Part shown: positions 36,501 to 45,700 of the stretch, in pieces | Layout: each line of letters opens with the position of its first letter | How positions within the stretch are numbered: the stretch's first letter is position 1 | NCBI GenBank assembly: GCA_034438135.1 | Contig: DAOTTL010000166.1 | Coordinates: forward strand, 13,264-77,263 | DNA: 64,000 nt | Source of the DNA: Ktedonobacteraceae bacterium | GTDB taxonomy: Bacteria > Chloroflexota > Ktedonobacteria > Ktedonobacterales > Ktedonobacteraceae | Direction: 5' to 3' | Made by a program: the position numbers and the translations under genes | Notes under the pieces: model-generated | Databases searched by the model: none | What the model saw: only the letters and a program-made list of their open reading frames with translations | What the model was told of the DNA's origin: nothing

Positions 36501-36596
36501 TCCTGTCGCCTTGCCTTGCGTCAATTTCTCAAGAATTGCGCGTCTCTCTGGTGAGAGACGGGATCGACGTTCTGAAAGGCTCTCTGATTCAGACAT
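30585..36596 (-). CDS. NRPS: C-A(with embedded methyltransferase)-T-C* (terminal degenerate condensation-like domain)
   Basis: Motifs in order:
- C1 LSFGQQRLWFLDQ and C3 HHIVSDSWS
- A3 AAYVIYTSGSTGKPKG
- A8 GRLDEQVKLRGLRIELGEIE
- an insert of about 410 aa with SAM motif I VLEIGCGTG (33468-33494), placed before the A9/A10 motifs LPDYMIPGNF...LTPNGKLDR
- T FFEAGGDSIRS (Ser codon 32172-32174)
- a C-like domain starting IEDIYPLSPLQEHML whose active site reads SNRYINTDGWS (31515-31535) instead of HHxxxDG

The A-domain code is DVWHISLIDK (Ser-like). The ORF track starts at the TTG at 36608. The ATG at 36596 has GGAGG 5 nt upstream and is preferred. Confidence 0.92.
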   Translation of the reverse strand: MSESESLSERRSRLSPERRAILEKLTQGKATGKTGAPRIPVRPTPGPGSLSFGQQRLWFLDQLVPGSAAYNITEGLLLQGQLQITTLERSLNEIVRRHEALRTLFIAPEGSDELPLQSVIPALHLSLPVLDLRTVREDQRSALVRDLLAEEAQRTFDLAHGPLLRTTLLRLREEEHVLLLSMHHIVSDSWSLGIFIRELIALYTAYAAGQPSPLPELPIQYADYAHWQREWLQNEVLERLATYWKQRLSAMPSMLELPTDRPRPAIQTFQGARQTFRLSKTLSEGLNALSRQEGATLFMTLLAAFQTLLSRYTGQDDFAVGTPIANRTLSQTEGLIGFFANTLVLRSTLANNPSLRELLRRTREKALEAYAYQDMPFEQLVVILDAERALSHNPLFQAMLVLQNAPQETQGLPGLTVKLLNVESATAKFDLWLSMMEGSEGLFGILEYNTDLFDEATITRLLVHFRTLLEGIVADPAQRISDLPLMTEDERLQLLTEWNATQTAYPLYHGLHHLLAEQAERTPDAIALVFEDEHLSYRELHQRANQLANYLRELGVGTETLVGVCMERSPELVVVLSGILKAGAAYLPLDPTYPKDRLEFMLADAGVSVLLTHEKLRDLLVTETCICLDSCWEEIARQSGDKPEGQTDGANAAYVIYTSGSTGKPKGVLNTHRGIINRLQWMQQTYQLNVTDRVLQKTPISFDVSVWEFFWPLLNGASLILARPEGHRDSNYLITLIHEQQITTLHFVPSMLHVFLEEQGLERCQSLKRVICSGEALTTDLQTRFFARLPAELHNLYGPTEAAIDVTSWACTPERQAHTVPIGRPIANTQIYLLDQYGQPVPVGVAGELHIGGTGLARGYLNRPQLTSERFVPDPFSDVEGMRLYKTGDLARYRADGRIEFLGRLDEQVKLRGLRIELGEIESVLAGQPEVRECVAAIREDVSGNQQLVAYVVPHALSSHASEHEIEASLSTEQISGWREVFDDAYEHPAAQSAATFNIAGWNSSYTGLPLSNEEMHAWVNQTVERILLLQPHRVLEIGCGTGLLLFPLAPHCDHYRGTDFSPYVLELLQQQLEKSSAHVQLELRTADDFTGIETASFDTVILNSVVQYFPGIDYLLQVLEQAVQLLTPDGSLFIGDIRSLPLLETFYNSIELLQASETLSIEQLQQRVRKRIEQENELVIDPAFFIALQHHLPQISRVEIQLKRGHHTNELTLFRYDVVLHLGAARSSVAGIEKLDWQEHMLTVSAVRQLLIETRPERLCLTGIPNARLAREVHALTLLKSFPHSATVGELRQTLHDHPLHDDDAGVDPEDLWTICDELPYTLELRWSEGRRDGSYTAILQQRNAGQSQTQTIEQSTIDQKHTGPHSWHSYVNNPLQARMTYELIARLRSSLKRWLPDYMIPGNFVMLEALPLTPNGKLDRQGLPAPIIIPELEENFVAPRTKIEERLAEIWAGVLGLDRIGVSNNFFEAGGDSIRSILIIAKARQAGLQLTPQQMFQYQTIAELAGVVQLSSTLPEGSETATPTTPQPFSLANLAPQELEHLIGSKQQIEDIYPLSPLQEHMLARYLAEPEIGLYSMQRVMLIEGKFHAPAFERAWQQVVAQHPLMRTSFVWEGLHEPLQLVHKESTVSLEQRDWRHLSPTEQTTRLERYLQSVRARGLELTKPTALYLLVAQVTENRYQFVLSNRYINTDGWSFMLLINEAFTFYNAFSQGKELQRERSRPYQDYIAWLRRQDMVSAEAFWRRELQDFKVTPLIDRASASSQETEKDSRFASQAFSLDSAQTRALQALSRQHHLTPNTILQGVWALLLSHYSGEEEITFGVSVSGRPAELPGVESIVGVLMNTLPARIRVSPDDFLLPWLTKLQERQVELRQYEYTPLRKIYEWSGINRQQPLFESYLVFQNFEGLASTLEKPFSRANEHVLFFPKMPTFFFARQEYPLRIDVFPGQELELVISYYQRYFDQFAIARILSHLRKLLMQIVTNPEQHMRDLMIWIEKESFV
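30588..31946 (-). other. Terminal degenerate condensation-like domain (HH motif replaced by RY)
   Basis: It starts with IEDIYPLSPLQEHML (31932-31946). The active-site position reads S-N-R-Y-I-N-T-D-G-W-S (31509-31541). The DCL-type paralogue in gene 39787-50979 reads S-Y-H-H-I-L-L-D-G-W-S at the same position. No A or T domain follows. Confidence 0.85.
32455..33690 (-). other. SAM-dependent methyltransferase domain inserted in the A domain between A8 and A9 (approximate bounds)
   Basis: The motif I sequence HRVLEIGCGTGLLLF lies at about 33455-33500. The insert is flanked by A8 (GRLDEQVKLRGLRIELGEIE) and by LKRWLPDYMIPGNF...NGKLDR. Confidence 0.85.
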
Positions 36597-36712
36597 ATGT
36601 GCCTCCAAAAAGAAGTAGCAGGGCTATATTCAGATTCCATGTGCGAATTGCTGGATAGAGAACGACGCGTATTATCCTGCTGAAAGTCAAAGACAAAGAT
36701 ACCGCAGGTATT

Positions 36713-39700
36713 TTAGAAGAATCTCTGGATTTCGTCTTCAGATAGGGCCTCAACTTTCTCAATCAGCAATTCTTCAATAGTGCCCGCCAGCTCTGCAATT
36801 GTCGCTGCCTCAAAGAAGCTGGTCAGAGACAACTCTACCTGGAAGGTGTCGCGCAAACGTGCAATAATCTGCGTTGCGAGCAGGGAGTGACCTCCCAGTT
36901 CCAAATAATCGTCGTGCGTTCCAATCGGCTCCACTCCGAGAAGTTCCTGCCAGATGCCCACGATGCTCTCCTCAATCTCATTTTCGGGTGCCACATATGC
37001 AGTAAGTAGTGGCGGACGTGTATGCAGGGTGAGAGTAGAGCCTTTCTCCTGGTGCGTCCCTGCCTCAACCGCTTTTTCGGGTACCTCTGACGGGTAACTT
37101 CTGCTCTGAAGCACAGGTGTTTGTGGCTCAACCCAGTAGCGTTGCCTCTCAAATGGATAGGTTGGCAGAGGCACTCGATGTAACTGTTCCTGGGAGTGTA
37201 AGCCCCGCCAATCTACCTGAACCCCGGCGAGCCAGAGTCTGCCAAGCGTCGTTTGCAGGGAAAACTGCTCGGAACCTCCATCCTTTGGACGTGGCAGCGA
37301 AGGGAGCGCCAGAACTTCTGCCGTTTGTTCGCTTCTAACCAGCGTACTCAGAACCTGTCCGGGTCCGACTTCAAGCAGAATCCGGGCTGACTCTGCCCTT
37401 AACTCATGTACTCCGTCCGCGAAACGCACAGGCTGACGTAACTGGCTGACCCAATAGTGTGGGTCCGTGGCTTCGCTATTGGTAATCCATGTGCCGGTGA
37501 GATTGGAGAGAAACGGGAGTGTGGGCGGCTTCAGTTCAATCTTGCTGACCGCGCTGAGAAACGCTTCCAGCATGGGGTCAAGCATGGCAGAATGAAAGGC
37601 ATGGGAGGTTTGTAACCTGTGACTGGAGATACCCTGTCCGGTAAGCTGGTTCTGCAAGTTCATGATAGCTGCCAGGGGGCCAGAAACAACGCAGAGTGCC
37701 TGACTGTTGATTGCCGCCAGAGAAAGTTCAGAACTCAACAGAGATGTCACTGTCTGCGAGGGGGCGGCGATACTGAGCATGGCTCCTGCGGGCAGAGCTT
37801 GCATGAGCTTTCCCCGGGTCGCCACCAGTGCCAGACCTTCTTCCAGGGAGAAGACATTGGCCAGGCAGGCCGCCACATATTCGCCCAGGCTGTGACCAAG
37901 CATCGCCTGCGGTTGAATGCCCCATTCTTGCCAGAGTTGTGCCAGTGCGTATTCAACCACAAAGAGGGCGGGTTGAGCCAGTTCTGTCTGTTGCAATAGC
38001 TGCTCTGCCTCATCCACCCGCTCGGCAGATGGGTAGAGCACCTCGCGTAGATCGCGTTTGAGATAGGGCCTGAGCAGGTCCGCGCAGCGGTCAACCTGTT
38101 GCTGAAACGTTGGCTCGTTCTGATAAAGATCGGCCATCATATGAACATATTGGGTTCCCTGGCCAGGAAAGAGAAAGACCACCGTTCGCTCTCCATGCTC
38201 CCTTACATGCGTGAAGACCCTTTGGGGATCATGCGTTTCCAGCAGATAGACGGCTTCTTCGTGGTCCCGGCAAAGCAGCATCCTGCGGTAGTCGAAGGCT
38301 TTTCTGCCAACCTGTAAAGTATAAGCGATATCAGCCAGAGGTAGTTCAGGATGTTGCTGGACATATGTTTCCAGATGCATGCTCGCGGTCTCAAGGGCCG
38401 TCATGGTTCTGGCGGAAAGCAGGAGCAGATGCCAGGGTCTGCTTGACTGCGAGGCTTCTATAAGAGGAGCTTCTTCGAGTATGATGTGTGCGTTTGTACC
38501 CCCAAAGCCAAAGGAACTCACACCGGCTCGCAGAGGTCCCTCGTTCCGTTTCCACTCTGAAAGGGTCGTCTGAACATAGAAGGGACTGTTGGCAAAATCG
38601 ATCTCAGGGTTGGGTGCTGTGAAGTGCAAACTGGGAGGGAGCATCCTGTGCTTGAGTGCCAGGACCGTCTTGATGAGTCCCGCTACACCTGCTACCGTAT
38701 CCAGGTGTCCGATATTTGTTTTCACTGACCCGAGTGCGCAGAAACCCTTTGCTCCGGTCGTGGTTTCAAAGGCCTGAGTGAGTGCGGCAATCTCGATGGG
38801 ATCGCCCATCACAGTGCCGGTGCCATGCGTTTCAACATAGGTAATACTTTCAGGTTCAACCTCTGCCGTCATCAGGGCGGCCCTGATAACCTGTGTCTGA
38901 CCTTTGATCCCTGGCGCGGTGTAGCCAATCTTTGCGGCCCCGTCATTATTCATTGCCGATCCCTTGATGACGGCATGAATGCAATCGCCAGCGGCCAGGG
39001 CATCCTCCAGTCGTTTTAAGACGACGATACCTGCGCCGCTACCGGAAACGGTTCCCTGTGCTTGCGCGTCAAAGGCCCGACAGTGGCCATCGGGCGAGAA
39101 GATGCTCCCCTCGCGATAGAGATAGCCAGCCTTTTGCGGTACGCCGATAGATACGCCCCCGGCCAGAACCATATCGGATTCGCCAAGGAGGAGACTCTGG
39201 CAGGCCAGGTGAATGGCAACCAATGAGGTGGAACAGGCGGTCTGGACTGTGACGCCCGGTCCTCGTAAATCCAGCTTGTAAGAGACACGTGTGGTCAGAT
39301 AATCTTTCTCATTGCCGAGCATTGCTTGAATGCCACCTACCGCCGCGAGAAAATCCCGGTTTGAGCAGAGGTTGTTGAGGAGATAGGTGTTCATGCCTGC
39401 GCCAGCGTAGACACCGATTGAACCCTGATAGGTTGTGCTGTCATAACCGGCATTCTCAAGAGCCTCCCAGGCACATTCCAGGAAGAGGCGTTGCTGAGGG
39501 TCCATGATTTCAGCCTCTCTGGCATTGAAGCCGAAGAAGGCGGCGTCAAATAACTCTATATCCTCTACGATGCCGCTGGCTTTGACATAACGAGGGTCAT
39601 TGATCAACCTGGGATCTAGCCCGCTGGCCAGTAGCTCTTCGTCCGTGAATGAGGCAATGGATTCCACTCCCGCACAGAGATTGTGCCAGAATTGCTCAAC

Positions 39701-39790
39701 GCTGCTGGCTCCTGGTAAACGAAAAGCCATGCCCGTAATGGCTATTTCCAGGCCAGTAGTAGTATGCTCAGGCTGGATTGTATCGTTCAT
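36713..39790 (-). CDS. Type I PKS, single minimal module KS-AT-T (paralogue of 7531-10677)
   Basis: KS motifs: TVQTACSTSLVAIH (Cys codon 39233-39235), ETHGTGTVMGDPIE and KTNIGHLDTVAG. AT motifs: GHSLGEYVAA (Ser codon 37889-37891) and HAFHSAM, which is malonyl-type. The carrier reads YLELGGHSLLATQI, and the C-terminal helix is VEALSEDEIQRFF. No KR, DH or ER motifs are present. The start forms an ATGA overlap with the upstream NRPS stop (39787-39790). Confidence 0.93.
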   Translation of the reverse strand: MNDTIQPEHTTTGLEIAITGMAFRLPGASSVEQFWHNLCAGVESIASFTDEELLASGLDPRLINDPRYVKASGIVEDIELFDAAFFGFNAREAEIMDPQQRLFLECAWEALENAGYDSTTYQGSIGVYAGAGMNTYLLNNLCSNRDFLAAVGGIQAMLGNEKDYLTTRVSYKLDLRGPGVTVQTACSTSLVAIHLACQSLLLGESDMVLAGGVSIGVPQKAGYLYREGSIFSPDGHCRAFDAQAQGTVSGSGAGIVVLKRLEDALAAGDCIHAVIKGSAMNNDGAAKIGYTAPGIKGQTQVIRAALMTAEVEPESITYVETHGTGTVMGDPIEIAALTQAFETTTGAKGFCALGSVKTNIGHLDTVAGVAGLIKTVLALKHRMLPPSLHFTAPNPEIDFANSPFYVQTTLSEWKRNEGPLRAGVSSFGFGGTNAHIILEEAPLIEASQSSRPWHLLLLSARTMTALETASMHLETYVQQHPELPLADIAYTLQVGRKAFDYRRMLLCRDHEEAVYLLETHDPQRVFTHVREHGERTVVFLFPGQGTQYVHMMADLYQNEPTFQQQVDRCADLLRPYLKRDLREVLYPSAERVDEAEQLLQQTELAQPALFVVEYALAQLWQEWGIQPQAMLGHSLGEYVAACLANVFSLEEGLALVATRGKLMQALPAGAMLSIAAPSQTVTSLLSSELSLAAINSQALCVVSGPLAAIMNLQNQLTGQGISSHRLQTSHAFHSAMLDPMLEAFLSAVSKIELKPPTLPFLSNLTGTWITNSEATDPHYWVSQLRQPVRFADGVHELRAESARILLEVGPGQVLSTLVRSEQTAEVLALPSLPRPKDGGSEQFSLQTTLGRLWLAGVQVDWRGLHSQEQLHRVPLPTYPFERQRYWVEPQTPVLQSRSYPSEVPEKAVEAGTHQEKGSTLTLHTRPPLLTAYVAPENEIEESIVGIWQELLGVEPIGTHDDYLELGGHSLLATQIIARLRDTFQVELSLTSFFEAATIAELAGTIEELLIEKVEALSEDEIQRFF

Positions 39791-42700
39791 ACCTGCCTGC
39801 TCCTTTGTTCTCTGCTTGCCTGTTGTCTTTGATTGAACCGTTGTTTAACGCGACTTTTTCCTGCCTGTAACTTCTCTCCCAGGCTGTCGTTTTGTCTGCC
39901 TGTGGCGCTGGTATCTTCTCCCTGGCTGATATAGGTTGTCAGCGCATCGATGCTTGGGTATTTAAACAGATCGAGCAAGGCGATAGTGGTGCCGAAGGCC
40001 TCTTTGAGCTTCTGATGAATGGGGACCATGAGTAACGAGTGGCCACCCAGGTCAAAGAAGTTATCGTGTGTCCCTACTTTCTCCAGTTGCAGTACCTCTT
40101 GCCAGATGTGCGCAATTGTTCGTTCCGTTTTCGTGCGAGGTGCGATATATTTCGCGATCTCTTCGGGTCGTATGCGCTCTGGGGCGGGCAAGGCCTGGCG
40201 GTCGAGCTTGCCATTGGCATTGAGTGGCAGTTTCGGCAGGGTGAGGAAAAGCTCAGGTAGCATGGACTCAGGCAGGCGCTCTTGCAGGAAGAGACGGATC
40301 TCTGAGAGCGAAGCTGTGGCGGGCTGTTGACGCCAGACCAGGTAGGCCAGTAGCCGGGGAGCAGCGTCAGGGGGTTCCCACAGGCGTGCTGCGGCATTCA
40401 GAATGGCGGGATGCTGACGCAGGAGTGACTCGATTTCCCCCAGTTCGAGCCGCACTCCACGCACTTTGACCTGCTGATCCACTCGTCCCAGGTACTCTAA
40501 CTGACCATCGGGACGCCAGCGAGCGAGGTCACCGGTGCGATAGAGACGAGTCCCAGGCAGAGAGCTGAAGGGATCGGGCAGGAAGACCTCGGCGGTCTGT
40601 GCCGGATCAGCGAGATAGCCACGACTGAGGCCCAGACCAGCGATGTGCAGGGAGCCAGGAACGCCAGGAGGTGCAAGCTGACCGAAGCGATCCAGGATGA
40701 GTAGCCGTATGTTAGCTATGGGCCGACCAATGGGTGTGGAGCGTCCTGTGGCCTCGTCGGAGGCTGAGAGCAGGGCGTGAGCGACATCATCGGAGGCCTC
40801 GGTGGGTCCATAGGCATTGAGCAGATGCAGTGAGGGGGCGCGTTGACGCAGCCGTTGGACGAGTTCGGGAGGCAGAGCCTCACCGGTCAGGATCAGCCAG
40901 CGCAGGTCAGGCAGAGGAAGACCCTGGTGCATGGTCGGCAGATCGAGCAGGACGCGCAGGAGCGAGGGCACGAGTTCGAGGACAGAGACGCGAGCGAGTG
41001 CGAGTGAGGCGAGCAGCAGCGAGGGGTCCTGAACCGTTGGCGTGGGCAGGATGAGCAAACGAGCGCCTGAGAGCAGAGGAGCCAGAAATTGCCAGAGCGA
41101 GATGACAAAGCTTTGAGAGGCCGTCTGAGCGAGCGTGTCGGCGGGAGAAAGATGGAGGGCCTCGATTTTGGCGGAGAGATGGTTGAGGACGCCAGCGTGA
41201 GAGAGCATGACGCCTTTGGGCTGACCGGTCGAGCCAGAGGTGAAGAGGACGCAGAAGAGATTCTGAGGGAGGAGTTGAGGCAGTAGCGCGGGAGCAGGAA
41301 GAGGCTGTTGAAGCAGCGCAGGTAGCCAGAGCAGCGAGAGATCAGGCAGAGCAGCCGAGAGCGAGGCGCACAGGGGCGCGAGCGTCGGGGTGGAGAGCAG
41401 AAAGTGCGTGTCGCTCTGTTGCAGGATTTGCTGGAGACGAGCGGGAGGAGCTGAGGGATCAAGAGGCACAAACGCGCCGCCAGCTTTGAGGATGGCGAGC
41501 AGTCCAATAAGCAGGAGAGGCGAACGCTCAAGGCAGAGGCCGACGAGTACCTCGGGGCCGACGCCCTGGGTTCGCAAGAGATACGCAAGATGGGTAGACC
41601 TCTGGTCTAGTTCGTGATAGGTGAGCTGTTCGTCCTCGCAGACAACTGCAATGGCATCGGGACGACTATGGGTCATCTCTTCAATGCGTTCCGAGATGGA
41701 GCGCATGTCGGCAGGCTTAGCAGGAGTGGGAGTGATCGCCAGTTGCAGAAGGTGCAGGCGTTCCTGTGAGGAGAGCATGGGAAGCTCGGAAATGGGCAGG
41801 TGAGGAGTGCTGACCATAGCTGTGAGCAGGGTTTGCAATTGAGAGGCCATGGCTGCGATAGTGGACGGGTCGAAGAGGTCACGGTTATATTCCAGCACAC
41901 CTAGCAGGCCGTTTGGCGAGGGTTGCATGCTCAGACTGATCTCGAAACTGGCCGTAGTGCGGGCGATAGGCAGCGGTGTCAGATGCAGATCAGGCAGGGT
42001 CAGAGCCTCGACGGGAGCATTTTGCAGGATGAAGAAGGCCTGGAAGAGTGGTGAATGGCTCAGATCGCGCCGAGGATGCAGGGCCTCGACCAGTCGTTCA
42101 AAGGGAAAATCCTGATGGGCATAGGCATCCAGACAGCGCTGACGGATGCGAGCGAGTAGTTCCTGTAGCTGCGGGTTGCCAGTCAGGTCGGCTCGCAGGA
42201 CGAGCGTATTGACGAAGCAGCCAATAAGAGCTTCAAGGTCCGCATGCGTGCGATTGGCGATAGGAGTGCCGATGAGCAAATCATCCTGACCGCTATAGCG
42301 GGAGAGCAGCAGAGACCAGGCGGTGAGCAGGGTCATGAAAAGGGTCACGCCCTGTTGCTGACTGAAGGTGGTCAGATGTTGAGAGAGGGAGGCAGGCAGG
42401 GTAAAGCGCAGGCGGCCACCCTGAGAGGTGAGCACAGGAGTACGAGGGAAGTCGGTGGGCAATGAGAGCACCAGGGGAGCGCCCTGCAACTGCTCCAACC
42501 AGAAGGACCGTTGGAGATCAAGGGCAGAACCATGCAGCCACTGGCGCTGCCAGAGGGCATAGTCGGGATACTGAATGGGCAACGGAGAGAGGGGAGATGT
42601 CCCGTGAGAGCAGCAAGAGGGATAGAGGAGTGTGAGTTCACGTTGGAAGACGCCCAGTGACCAGCCATCAGAGACGATGTGATGCATACTCAGGAGCAGC

Positions 42701-45700
42701 ACATGCTCCTGAGCGTTCAGGCGCAATAGGGTCGCCCGGAGCAGAGGGCCTTGTGCCAGCCGGAAAGGAGCCTCGCTGTCCTGGGTGGCGAGCTGTTGAA
42801 GTAGAGTCTCTTGCTGAGTCAAAGCAAGGCCAGAGAGATCGATGAGGGGCAGCGAAAGTGTAAGAGCAGGCAGGACTTGCTGAACGGGTTCTCCCTGGTG
42901 GAGCAGGAAGATAGTACGCAAACTCTCGTGTCGGCTTAGAATAATGTTGAAACATTCCTCCAGAGCGGAGACATTGAGTGTGCCCTGCATGCGCAGCGCG
43001 GCTGCCATGATATAGAGAGCCGGATCGATGTCAAGTTGCTCAAGGAACCACAGCCGTTGTTGGGCGAATGCGAGCGGAACAGGTTCCTGGTGGGTGCGAG
43101 GCAGCAGGGGAGGGAGCGTGAGACCGAGTTCTTCTTGCGTGGAGGAGGTCAGACGTTGGGCCAGGGAGGCGATCGTTGGAGCTTCAAAGATGACGCGCAG
43201 AGGTAATGTGCGCTGTAGTAGCTCCCGTAGCCGTAAGATCACCTGTGTGGCCAGTAGCGAATGGCCGCCCAGTTCAAAGAAGTCCTCATAGATGCCCACC
43301 GTTTCTCGTCGCAGTACCGCTGACCAGATAGCTACCAGTGCTTCCTCCATAGGAGTGCGTGGTGCAACTGGCAGAAACGCCTGTTTAAGCCCGGCATTGT
43401 TTGGGTGCGGCAATGCGCGTCGATCTATTTTGCCATTTGCATTCAATGGGAATGCTTCTACCAGCACAAAAGTCGAGGGAACCATATAATGTGGCAGTTG
43501 TTTCTGTAAATAGTGCCTCAAGGTGCTGTAATCAAGGTCAGCCTGAGACTGTGCCGTGACATACGCGACCAGTTGTTTCTCCGCTGCCTTATCCTCATGA
43601 ACTATGACCAGTGCCTCGTGTACGCTATTGTGCTCTCTGAGCACTGCTTCGATTTCTGTCAGCTCGATGCGGAAACCCCGTAGCTTGATCTGGCTATCCA
43701 TGCGACCGAGAAACTCAATGCTTCCGTCTGACCGATAGCGTGCCAGGTCCCCTGTTTTATAGAGGCGCGATCCAGGCTGATTACTGAAGGGATCGGGAAT
43801 GAATTTCTCGGCAGTCAGGTCAGGACGATGGAGATAACCCCGCGCCAGACCAGTACCACCAAGATGAAGCTCGGCTGACACTCCCACTGGCACGAGTTGC
43901 AGATGGCTATCTAGCAGATATGCCTGTGTTTGTGTAATTGGATGTCCGATAGGTGGAGGACCAGCAGCATCCTTCTGAATGAGTGCAAAGGTAGAGTAGG
44001 TCGTATCTTCGCTGGGTCCGTAGAGATTGAAAAGCTGCGCAAGCGTCTTGCGCTGATAGAGTTGCCGGGCAAGTGACTGCTGAAAAGGTTCACCGGCAAG
44101 GTTAATCACGCGTACAGAATTCGGAACTCCCTGTGTTTGCAGAAGTTCAGTCATAAGTGCTGGAACCGTATTGAGCAACGTCACACCGCTTCTGGCGGGT
44201 AAGCTGGAAAGATGCAGGACATTTTCAATTAGAATAACTTTACCGCCTCTACAGAGAGGTACGAACAGCTCGAAGATCGATAGGTCAAAGCACACAGAGG
44301 TAGAGGCCAGAACGCCATCCAGATACTCTAAAGCGAAAACCTCGCTGGCCCAGTTTACCAGCGCGACAGGACTCCGATGCTCAATGGCCACTCCTTTGGG
44401 CAGACCCGTGGAGCCGGATGTGTAGATGACATAGGCCAGATTGCGGTCAGTAACCCTACTCTGTGGATTAGCCTTGCTCCAATCGTGTGCCGGTGTCTCC
44501 ACCTTCTCCAGACAGAGCACCGGACCCTGATAAGAGGACGCAATGCGTGTCAGGAGTCGCTCTTGAGTCAGTAACAGCGCCACCTGGGCATCGCTCAGTA
44601 AGAAAGCAAGCCGTTGCTGAGGATACGCCGGATCTAACGGGACGTAGGCCCCGCCAGCCTTGAGAATGGCGAGCAGGCTCACGAGCAGTTCGATCGAGCG
44701 TTCCATGCAGAGAGCCACCCGTGTGTCGGGTCCTATACCACGGGCTTGTAAAGAGTGAGCCAGGGCGTTGGCTCGCTGGTTGAGTTCTTGATAACTGAGT
44801 TGCTCATCCTGCCAGATCAGCGCTATAGCGTCCGGCGTTCGGGTCACCTGTTGCTCAAAGAGTTGATGCAAACAGTGTTCTTGAGAAGGCTGACTGCTGC
44901 TATTCCACCCGAACGACTCTTGCTCTGCTTTAGTGAGGAGTGGCAGGTATGCGAGTTGTTGTTGGGGATTGGCAACCATTCCCTCTAACAGCGTTTGCAG
45001 ATGGCCTGCCAGTCGTTGGATGCTGTCTGCCTCAAAGCGACGTGTATCATAGCCAATTTGTAGCAGTATTTCTGTTGCAGGTGCGACCATCAACGTCAGT
45101 GCATAGTTTGTCTGCTCAAATGTATGCATCTGCTCAATGTGCAGGTCGTTTCTCTGTTCGCTGGCGAGAAGACTGACAGGATAGTTCTCAAAGACCACAA
45201 GACTCTCGAAAAGTGGCATATCTGCATGGATCTCGCTCCATTGCTGAACTTGCGTAAGCGGGCTGTACTCATACTGGCGTGCTTCCACCTGTTGGGTTTG
45301 CAGATCCTTAAGCCAGTCGCCAATCATAGCTGTCGGAGGGACCTGAACGCGTAGAGGCAACGTGTTGATAAAGAGTCCAATCATCGTTTCAACGCCCGCT
45401 ATGCCAGGTGGACGACCTGAGACCGTTACGCCAAATAGCACCTCTTCTCTGCCACTGTAGCGGCTCAGCAAGAGTCCCCAGGCCCCTTGTATCAGCGTAT
45501 TGAGCGTAACCTGTTTCTGTCTGACCAGAGACCTCAGATGAGCGCTCAACGTTGTGGAGAGACGCACTTGTAACGTATTGATCTCCGGCTCAGGGGAGCG
45601 TGATCCCTCGATTGAGTTATCTACGGTCAGAGGAGTGGGTTCCTGAAAGCCCTTGAGTGTCTGTCGCCAGAACCTCTCGGCCTGATCCAGATCTTGCTGA

